Part shown: one piece after another, positions 27,349 to 33,706 of the stretch
Numbering within the stretch: position 1 is the first letter of the stretch
How the letters are laid out: each line of letters starts with the position of its first letter
Assembly (NCBI GenBank): GCA_047456315.1
Contig: CP179889.1
Coordinates: 256,776-320,775 of the forward strand
Source: Candidatus Nealsonbacteria bacterium
Lineage (GTDB): Bacteria; Patescibacteriota; Minisyncoccia; Minisyncoccales; JANBVM01
DNA: 64,000 nt
Reading direction: 5' to 3'
Program-made: the position numbers and the translations under genes
Notes under the pieces: generated by a model
Database searches by the model: none
Told to the model about the DNA's origin: nothing
Seen by the model: only the letters and a program-made list of their open reading frames with translations

Positions 27349-27415
27349 ATTATATTAATATGATAGCTACTGAGGAGGCCGACAGTGGCTGAAATAAATG
27401 ATTTTTTAAAAAAAT

Positions 27416-27649
27416 ATGTCAATTTCCAAAGAAAGAAAAGGAGAGCTTCGTAGGCGCGCAGGAGGAAGATGTGAATGTACTATGAGAGTGTGTGATCATC
27501 ATCGGGCTGGAGTTAGGTGTCCTAGATCCTTGGTTGCAGGATATTGGGAAGCTCATCGTAGAAATGCAAATGGCCCATATGTTCTAAGCAACCTTATAGC
27601 TATGTGCGCTACCTGCCACAAAAATACATATACATATGGCAGGTCATAG
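27416..27649 (+). CDS. stand-alone mini HNH endonuclease (77 aa)
   Basis: GGRCECTMRVCDHH...WEAHRRNANG...SNLIAMCATCHKN. The sequence is visibly more G+C-rich than its surroundings. Confidence 0.65.
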   Translation: MSISKERKGELRRRAGGRCECTMRVCDHHRAGVRCPRSLVAGYWEAHRRNANGPYVLSNLIAMCATCHKNTYTYGRS

Positions 27650-27660
27650 CATATTATTTA

Positions 27661-27699
27661 AACAGAAGCTTTGCATGTCAGAGCTTTTCTGTTTTTTTC
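27661..27699 (+). terminator. intrinsic terminator after the mini-HNH gene
   Basis: ACAGAAGCT pairs with AGC(TT)TTCTGT, followed by TTTTTT. Confidence 0.5.
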
Positions 27700-27862
27700 A
27701 AGATGTGGAACATGTTGCTGTCGTCGTAATCCTGTATATTGCAAAAGAGTTGTGTAGGAGTTATATTATAGGCAAGAATTGTAGAGGAAACGCTTAAAAA
27801 GTTCGATGTGTATTTGATTAATTGTTAAGAAGAGCTCGAGATTAGATAAATAATTTAAATAA

Positions 27863-29134
27863 ATGGAAAAAGAAATAATACAAACTACAGAGAAAAAGAA
27901 GGAAATTGTATCAAAGGAGCCTAAAAAAGAAAAAACCACTATTAATAAATTTTCTTCTTTCTTAAAGGAAGTCGTCGCTTTATTATTTTGGACTTATGTG
28001 TTACTAAAGCTTTTCGTATTTGATATTGATATTTGGTTGATTAATAAGTATCTGCCAAGATACGCTTGGTTGTTGAAGTTCAAGCTTCTTTTTTTAATTG
28101 TATTTATCGCGGTGATTTGGTTAGTTACAAGAAATAAACATATTTTGTCTTGGTCTTTTTATATACTATTTTACCCGGTAATATTTTTTCTTTGGAAAAT
28201 ACCTACTTTTGTTTTTAAACAAAAAAGTTGGATTTTTGCGTTTGCTTTTGTTAATGCAGTAATCTCATTCTTTAAATCAGTAAAACATAACTTTATTATG
28301 TTTACTTTATTTGTAGTGTCTTCCGTCACTATTTTTACTTCTTTGAATGAAAAATTATTATGGATCATGATATTAGCTTTGTTTCTTGTTATTTCAATTA
28401 TTTATATCCGTAGGTTTACTTTACTGTTCAAGCCTTCGAGTATATTCCAAATCTATAAAAAAATTTTTTCAGCAACGAAAAGTTATGGTGCAAAACAAAC
28501 AACTCTTTTTGCCCTAGATGACGATATAAAAAATTTGCCAATTGAAAGCCTTGATAAAAAACAACTTGAAAAACGGACTACAAACCTACAAACATCTGTT
28601 TTATTTAACCGTATTTGTTTTTTCGCGGCAAAAAAATTAAGGGACTATCAGGATAGCGGATTTAATGTGATGTCTTACATTCTGAATGTTTTATTATTGA
28701 TAATTTTGACTGTTTTTTCTTTTGCGGTTATAAACTTCGGACTTTTTAAAATAAGTGATGGATTTTTTAGCTATTCTGCAGTTCCAAAATTTTTTACTTT
28801 TTTCTATTATAGTTTTAACAATCTTCTATTTAACTCAATTAAAGAAATAGCTCCTATAATGCCAATATCACAAATCGTTCTTATGATAGAACAGTTTTTT
28901 GCCTTCATTCTCGTAGTAATTTTTATTTCTTTATTATTTTCTATAAGAAATCAAAAGCATACAGAAGAATTGAATGAGGCTATCAAAGGCATTGAGGCGC
29001 AAGGAGTAGAAATCGAAGGCTTTATCAAAGATGAATATAAAATAAATAGCATTGAGGATGCTATGGTGGAATTAAAAAAAATGAAAGCTGGGCTTATAAA
29101 ATTTATTTATAAAATAACAGAAAATATTAAATAG
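27863..29134 (+). CDS. polytopic membrane protein of unknown function with cytosolic C-terminal tail
   Basis: 423 aa with a charged N-terminus (KKKEIVSKEPKKEK), about 8 hydrophobic segments and a C-terminal soluble region of about 60 aa. Confidence 0.6.
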   Translation: MEKEIIQTTEKKKEIVSKEPKKEKTTINKFSSFLKEVVALLFWTYVLLKLFVFDIDIWLINKYLPRYAWLLKFKLLFLIVFIAVIWLVTRNKHILSWSFYILFYPVIFFLWKIPTFVFKQKSWIFAFAFVNAVISFFKSVKHNFIMFTLFVVSSVTIFTSLNEKLLWIMILALFLVISIIYIRRFTLLFKPSSIFQIYKKIFSATKSYGAKQTTLFALDDDIKNLPIESLDKKQLEKRTTNLQTSVLFNRICFFAAKKLRDYQDSGFNVMSYILNVLLLIILTVFSFAVINFGLFKISDGFFSYSAVPKFFTFFYYSFNNLLFNSIKEIAPIMPISQIVLMIEQFFAFILVVIFISLLFSIRNQKHTEELNEAIKGIEAQGVEIEGFIKDEYKINSIEDAMVELKKMKAGLIKFIYKITENIK

Positions 29135-29139
29135 GTTGC

Positions 29140-29160
29140 GTGCCCCGCTTTGCGGGGCAT
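29140..29160 (+). terminator. GC-rich hairpin immediately after the membrane protein gene
   Basis: GTGCCCCGC-TTT-GCGGGGCAT forms a 9-bp stem. It opens a locally GC-rich spacer of about 110 nt. Confidence 0.45.
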
Positions 29161-29302
29161 GAAATTTTGCGGTAACGAAAAAGCGAGAGCGGGCAAAAAC
29201 TCCTTCCCCCACACCCCCTTCTTTTTTATCCGCCCGAGCGTAATTTTTAAAATTCTGCATTAGGATTTTGTTGGAAAAAAGTTCGGATTTCGTCCAACGT
29301 TC

Positions 29303-29388
29303 GGAGCAGGCTAGTGAGACCTTTCGGATGACCGAGAGGATTATCATTTATCGCACGAGACTTGTTATCTCGGGTTTTATTTTTTAAC
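29303..29388 (+). repeat. copy B of the GGAGCAGGCTAGTG-hairpin-ACCGAG module with terminator-like 3' end
   Basis: TCGGAGCAGGCTAGTG is identical over 16 nt to copy A. It is followed by the hairpin TTCGG-ATGA-CCGAG and then CGAGA-CTTGTTA-TCTCG GGTTTTATTTTTT. Confidence 0.6.
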
Positions 29389-29453
29389 GATGGATTCAAG
29401 CTTTTGTGAAATATTTGGTAGAATAAAAGCAAGGATGAAAACGAAAATTATTT

Positions 29454-29888
29454 ATGAAATATGAAATTATAGATCCAAAAGTTCAAAAGACATATTATTA
29501 TGCAAAAAAGATATTGGATTCACAAGGATTTACCCAACATCTTGAAATTTATCTTGCTTTGGGTCGAAAAAATCAGCCCCAGACAGGATTGCTAGGGCCA
29601 TTACGGATAGTAGGCGCTATTATGTTTATTGCTGGGATAGTTTTACTGTTCAAAAATATTCTTTTAGGAATAACGGTTATTGTAACCGCCCTAATTCTTC
29701 AAAGTTTTTTTGTTAAGAAGTATCATTCGCATAGAAATTTATCTGCCATAAAGGAATCATCTCAACGGGCAGGAAGCCATAAACTTATGAGAATTGTTGC
29801 TGAGGAAATGTCTAAGGGATCATCAGTAGAACAGATTGTGCTGGCAATGAAAAAAGAGATTCAAGAGACTCTAAAAGGAACTTTCTAA
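29454..29888 (+). CDS. hypothetical membrane protein (144 aa)
   Basis: Central hydrophobic stretch LLGPLRIVGAIMFIAGIVLLFKNILLGITVIVTALIL. No recognisable catalytic motif. Confidence 0.55.
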   Translation: MKYEIIDPKVQKTYYYAKKILDSQGFTQHLEIYLALGRKNQPQTGLLGPLRIVGAIMFIAGIVLLFKNILLGITVIVTALILQSFFVKKYHSHRNLSAIKESSQRAGSHKLMRIVAEEMSKGSSVEQIVLAMKKEIQETLKGTF

Positions 29889-29910
29889 AGTAAAATGTCA
29901 AAAGAACCAG

Positions 29911-29942
29911 AAAATAAATAAATCTATGAAAGAAAAAATTAA
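29911..29942 (+). repeat. left copy of a direct repeat bracketing the GIY-YIG-like gene (includes its start codon)
   Basis: ATCTATGAAAGAAAAAATTAA (29922-29942) is identical over 21 nt to 30496-30516. The upstream AAAATAAATA matches AAAGTAAATA. Confidence 0.7.
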
Positions 29943-30477
29943 AATACCAAAAGAAATTATTAGTTTATACACAAAAGTATTTCCTTTGAGAAGTATAAGA
30001 AAAACTCTTCAGCCTACACCCGCTGTTTATTGCTTTTGGTGGATAGGCAATAAGGAGTTTTTTTCTAAAAACGCTGAAAGAAGAATAAGTTTAAAAGGCC
30101 CAAAGGGAAGATTTTTTGAGCTGGAGCATAAAATGTGGTTCCCGAAAGAACTACCTTACATACCTCTATATGTGGGCAAAACAACAAAACTTAAAGATAG
30201 AATCTTAAAGCATTTACTTATAAGTTATTCTAAAAGAGTTCACCCAAAACCCAAAAACTACAAAAAAGTTAAGCCTCATAATACGGTGTGTCAATTAAGG
30301 GCTGGCATAGAACATATATTCCCTAATGAAAAAGAACCAAAAAGTCTTATTCTTGAGAATATAGGTTTATCTTTTTTGGACATATTTGGAAAAGAGGCAG
30401 TAAGCGAAAGATTTTATTTAGAAGATTTTGCTATTGGCTATTTCAGACCTTGGTTTAACTTGGATTGTGAACGTTAA
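29926..30477 (+). CDS. GIY-YIG-like nuclease superfamily protein
   Basis: AVYCFWWIG (GIY-like), IPLYVGKTTKLKDRILKH (YIG-like plus helix), a conserved Arg in QLRAGIEH, and an acidic ERFYLEDFAI near the C-terminus. Assigned by motif spacing only. Confidence 0.5.
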   Translation: MKEKIKIPKEIISLYTKVFPLRSIRKTLQPTPAVYCFWWIGNKEFFSKNAERRISLKGPKGRFFELEHKMWFPKELPYIPLYVGKTTKLKDRILKHLLISYSKRVHPKPKNYKKVKPHNTVCQLRAGIEHIFPNEKEPKSLILENIGLSFLDIFGKEAVSERFYLEDFAIGYFRPWFNLDCER

Positions 30478-30480
30478 AAT

Positions 30481-30516
30481 AAAGTAAATAGTTCTATCTA
30501 TGAAAGAAAAAATTAA
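30481..30516 (+). repeat. right copy of the direct repeat bracketing the GIY-YIG-like gene
   Basis: It starts 4 nt after the gene's stop codon. It re-creates a start codon plus MKEKIK and then runs into a 16-codon dead-end ORF (MKEKIKRNKADPIFLL*). Confidence 0.7.
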
Positions 30517-30554
30517 GAGAAATAAAGCTGACCCTATTTTTCTACTATAAATCT

Positions 30555-30914
30555 ATGATTAGTACGTGGGAAAGAAAATTTAATAAAAAACGCCCGAAAG
30601 GAATGCCGAAATGGAAATGGCACGAACGACTTAAAAAAGAAGAAATTCTTGAAAAAGAATTATCTTGTCAGGAAAAAGAGCAGTTTTCAGAATTGAATAA
30701 ATTTTTAAACGAAGAAAAAAAGAAAAAATTACGGAAAGCTCCTATTGCTTTTTTGGGAAATTCATTTATCACATTTTTCATTCTTGCCCCTATAACGGTT
30801 TTAATTTTTGTCCTTATTGCGGCATTTATACCCAGACCCTTAATTATAATTTTTTGTCTGATTGCTTTAGCTTCTGCGGTTTGGGCAATTCATCATAGAC
30901 GTCCATCTCCTTAA
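30555..30914 (+). CDS. hypothetical small membrane protein (119 aa)
   Basis: Charged N-terminal half (KWKWHERLKKEEILEKE) and two C-terminal TM segments. Confidence 0.5.
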   Translation: MISTWERKFNKKRPKGMPKWKWHERLKKEEILEKELSCQEKEQFSELNKFLNEEKKKKLRKAPIAFLGNSFITFFILAPITVLIFVLIAAFIPRPLIIIFCLIALASAVWAIHHRRPSP

Positions 30915-31009
30915 GTTTCTTCTAAACATTTTCCTTGAAAGAAAAATTAATTGCCTAGACAGGAATGGGGCATTGAAAGAAGTGGGGAAGTTTTAAGTAA
31001 AATTTAATT

Positions 31010-31795
31010 ATGAAATACAAAAAATCAATCGGTGAGCTTATAGATGAGTACGAATCTAATAGTTCTTACAAACTTCATAATTTTCTTTTAATATCAAAAC
31101 ATATACAGTATGTTTTTGAAGATAATTTCAAAGAATTTTTAAACCATATAAACAAATACGAAAAAGAAACTGTCTCTAGGAGGAAAAAATTTAAAGAGAA
31201 AAAACTTACTAGAATTAAAAACCGTAATTACTTAAAAAAGTTTATAAAATATTTTCATAATTACGTAGCTGCAGTTTATTCAGCAGAGGAATATTATAAC
31301 AAATTTCTTCCAATGAAGAGAAGTGTGTGGGAAAAATTTAAAACTATAAAGCAAGAACCTCTGCATCTATTTATTTTTGCATTAAGAACTAATATTACTC
31401 ATTATACTATTCCTCCAATCTCTATATCAGTTATCCACAAAAAGAGAATGACGAACCAGGGGGAGGTTTTGTTCTTAACTAAAGGGCAGTTTAGAGTAAG
31501 CAAGACAGCCATTTTATCTGATCACCAGAATGCTCAACCTACTCGTAGAAGAGGCCAAAGCAATTCTAAATTTCTAAGCGATGATTCTAAAAGAAATATT
31601 CTTTATAGGTATATATTAGAAGAATATAGAGGCACTTTATCTATAGATTTAAAAAGAGTTATCAAGAATCATCGGATATTGTTTTTGAAATATATATGTA
31701 AAGCCGATAGCGAACTTGTTGAAAGTGATAAGATTCAATATAGCGAAATAAAGAAGTTATATCAGGAAATAATAAAGAGACAAAGTCTCCTATGA
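31010..31795 (+). CDS. hypothetical protein with possible HEPN-like Rx4H motif
   Basis: 261 aa and predicted helical. It contains FIFALRTNITHY (R-x4-H). There is no other recognisable domain. Confidence 0.5.
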   Translation: MKYKKSIGELIDEYESNSSYKLHNFLLISKHIQYVFEDNFKEFLNHINKYEKETVSRRKKFKEKKLTRIKNRNYLKKFIKYFHNYVAAVYSAEEYYNKFLPMKRSVWEKFKTIKQEPLHLFIFALRTNITHYTIPPISISVIHKKRMTNQGEVLFLTKGQFRVSKTAILSDHQNAQPTRRRGQSNSKFLSDDSKRNILYRYILEEYRGTLSIDLKRVIKNHRILFLKYICKADSELVESDKIQYSEIKKLYQEIIKRQSLL

Positions 31796-31922
31796 TTGCC
31801 ATGAAATTTACTACCTGCGAAAAAAAATCGACCAATTAGTTTATAAACCCTACGGTCTCACGTCGGAGGAGATAAAAATGGTTGAAAATCAAAAAAAAAG
31901 AAGATTTACTGAAATTATATAA
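31776..31922 (+). pseudogene. orphan C-terminal fragment of an R-M methyltransferase/specificity-type gene
   Basis: The open frame translates ...HEIYYLRKKIDQLVYKPYGLTSEEIKMVENQKKRRFTEII*. The IDxLVYxxYGLTxEEIxxVE tail is the hallmark C-terminus of Eco57I/TaqI-like and type I M/S proteins. No upstream body or start codon is present. Confidence 0.6.
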
Positions 31923-31948
31923 ATAAACTTAGTTTTGCAACATATCTT

Positions 31949-32899
31949 ATGGATGGCAGAGAAGAATTAAAAACATTTAATTGTTTTCGTGATAAATACC
32001 AATTTTTATCTTCTGGATATTTAGTGTTCTCTTTTACTTTACCTATTTGTTTGCATCTAGAGAATAGCTTTGATTTTTTAGTTAATCTTCGAGATTGGTC
32101 TCATCCTTTTATAATAAATACCGAAGAGTACATTGAAGAATATGACCCAAGATATGGAAATAGTAAAAACATAGAGGTTAATAGTGATATTGCCTCAGCT
32201 TATAGATTTACAAGGTTGAATGTTATTTTTTTGGATAAAGATCCGAAAATACCACTTGAAAAGATTATAGAATTATATGAAAATGATGTTTTAAAAGCCG
32301 TAAACCATTTTTTAAATGCTTATAGATATATAACCGAGCGCCACACAATTAACAATATATTTAGTTTATCGTTCGTGAGGAGTTTAAAAATATATCGAGG
32401 AGATAAAGAAGGAAAAGAACAGTTTCAAATTGTTATTCAGTTTGGTGTAGATGGTTTATTAGGCCCTTTTCTTCCATTTCGTTCCTCCGAAGAGCATAGT
32501 AAATTAAAAGAGCTTGCCTTAAAAGATCAACCACTTCCATTAGACGAATTACTTTTAATGGATGCAAAAAGATATTCAGCTATAGGGTACGAATTACAAT
32601 CTCTTATTACGGCCGTGACTGCTCTGGAGACAAGTATTGGCAACAGAAAGGCAAAGAGAAGTATAAGAAGAATGCAGCATTTCTTAGATTTCTTTTTCAA
32701 AAATCGAGGATTCCAGAATAAAGTAAAAAGTTTGCTTAACGAAAATTTAAATACTCCTAAGGGTCTGGTAGGAGAAGTTATTTTTGCAATTAGAGAAAGG
32801 AATAGGATTGTCCACGACGGAAAAAAATTCGTTAAAGGGGATGTAAAAAAACACTTAGAATCAATAAGATTAGCAATAAAATACATCAAGGATATATAG
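31949..32899 (+). CDS. hypothetical protein with C-terminal HEPN-like domain
   Basis: 316 aa. The C-terminal region contains AIRERNRIVHDGKKF (RNxxxH, i.e. Rx4H), preceded by helical segments. Confidence 0.55.
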   Translation: MDGREELKTFNCFRDKYQFLSSGYLVFSFTLPICLHLENSFDFLVNLRDWSHPFIINTEEYIEEYDPRYGNSKNIEVNSDIASAYRFTRLNVIFLDKDPKIPLEKIIELYENDVLKAVNHFLNAYRYITERHTINNIFSLSFVRSLKIYRGDKEGKEQFQIVIQFGVDGLLGPFLPFRSSEEHSKLKELALKDQPLPLDELLLMDAKRYSAIGYELQSLITAVTALETSIGNRKAKRSIRRMQHFLDFFFKNRGFQNKVKSLLNENLNTPKGLVGEVIFAIRERNRIVHDGKKFVKGDVKKHLESIRLAIKYIKDI

Positions 32900-32903
32900 T
32901 AAA

Positions 32904-32951
32904 ATGAGACACTAAAAACACCCTTAAGTAGCGTCTCATTTGTCTCATTTT
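32904..32951 (+). terminator. hairpin terminator with duplicated 3' arm
   Basis: ATGAGAC (32904-32910) can pair with GTCTCAT at 32933-32939 or with the tandem copy at 32942-32948. TTT follows. Confidence 0.4.
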
Positions 32952-32960
32952 AGCTTAAGA

Positions 32961-33080
32961 TAGCCCCGACCGAGAGGCATTGTGGAACAGCATAGAAAAC
33001 CCCCCTTGATTTCCCCTTAAAATCCAGGTTCTAGACCGACTAGGGGAGCAGGATAGTGCTCGGTTCGAGCGACTGAGACC
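32961..33080 (+). repeat. copy C (long form) of the repeat module; lacks a terminator
   Basis: About 120 nt aligns with 33514-33640. The core is GGGGAGCAGGATAGTGCTCGGTTCGAGCGACTGAGACC, whose hairpin arm matches copy A. Confidence 0.65.
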
Positions 33081-33101
33081 TATATAAAATAATTAATAAC
33101 C

Positions 33102-33509
33102 TTGATGAAAAAAATACTCATTAATCTCATAAATTTCTTACAAATTTATTCTGGGGCCATAAGTATAATTTTTTTAATTAGCGGTATTTTATGGGCACTT
33201 TTTAAATTTAGAATCTATATAAAAGACAGGCGATTTGGTATATACCATAAATTAATTCAAGAACTGGTTGAACCAGAAAGCCCAAATAAACCATTAAAGT
33301 TAGACCGGCAGATAGCAATTATTTTTGAATTAAGAAATTTTCCAGAATATTACGAAGTATCTAGAAGAATTTTAAGTGGGCTTAAAGAAAATTGGAAAGA
33401 CGTAAGTGTTGAAAGGGTAATTGAAGAAATTGATATTTCGTTAAAATATATGGAAAGCAATAAAATTTGTCGTTTTTGCCATAATTTATTAAATTTTATT
33501 AAATATTAA
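33102..33509 (+). CDS. hypothetical N-terminally anchored protein (135 aa)
   Basis: TTG start in the track (MMKKIL...). One TM segment (IYSGAISIIFLISGILWALF). It is flanked on both sides by long-form repeat copies C and D. Confidence 0.5.
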   Translation: MMKKILINLINFLQIYSGAISIIFLISGILWALFKFRIYIKDRRFGIYHKLIQELVEPESPNKPLKLDRQIAIIFELRNFPEYYEVSRRILSGLKENWKDVSVERVIEEIDISLKYMESNKICRFCHNLLNFIKY

Positions 33510-33513
33510 AAAA

Positions 33514-33663
33514 TAGCCCGGACCGAGAAGCATTGTTGGACAGCCTCAAAAAACCCTTAATTTTTCTTTAAAGCCTAGGTTCTAGACCGACTAAGGGAGC
33601 AGGCTAAGTGAGACGTTTGGGAGACCGAGGCACATCAAAAATCGCCAAGAAGGCGGTTTTTTG
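33514..33663 (+). repeat. copy D (long form) of the repeat module with strong intrinsic terminator
   Basis: The core is AGGGAGCAGGCTAAGTGAGACGTTTGGGAGACCGAGGC, whose hairpin arm resembles copy B. It is followed by AAAATCGCC-AAGAA-GGCGGTTTTTT. Confidence 0.65.
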
Positions 33664-33706
33664 ATACGATAGTCAACCCCTTCCGCCTTGTTTTTCAAGC
33701 AAAAAA

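Noticed and set aside
29072-29432. Minus-strand ORFs of 91 aa and 61 aa over the GC-rich spacer and repeat copy B
   Set aside because: There are no start context, motifs or conservation cues. They overlap hairpins and the repeat module, and are probably artefacts of locally elevated GC.
29270-33545. Integron attC sites (GTTGGA / TCCAAC motifs in copies B and D, cassette-like same-strand ORFs)
   Set aside because: In copy B the GTT-type and AAC-type core motifs occur in the wrong order for an attC (GTTGGA is 5' of TCCAAC). Copy D has only one of them. No intI integrase or attI is present.
23695-33663. Repeat module as a tracrRNA/guide-RNA-like element, because AGGCTAGT and ACCGAG resemble the nexus and 3' hairpin of streptococcal Cas9 tracrRNA
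   Set aside because: There is no cas9, TnpB, IscB or other RNA-guided nuclease gene, no CRISPR array and no anti-repeat in the window. The similarity is limited to two short strings and may be chance.
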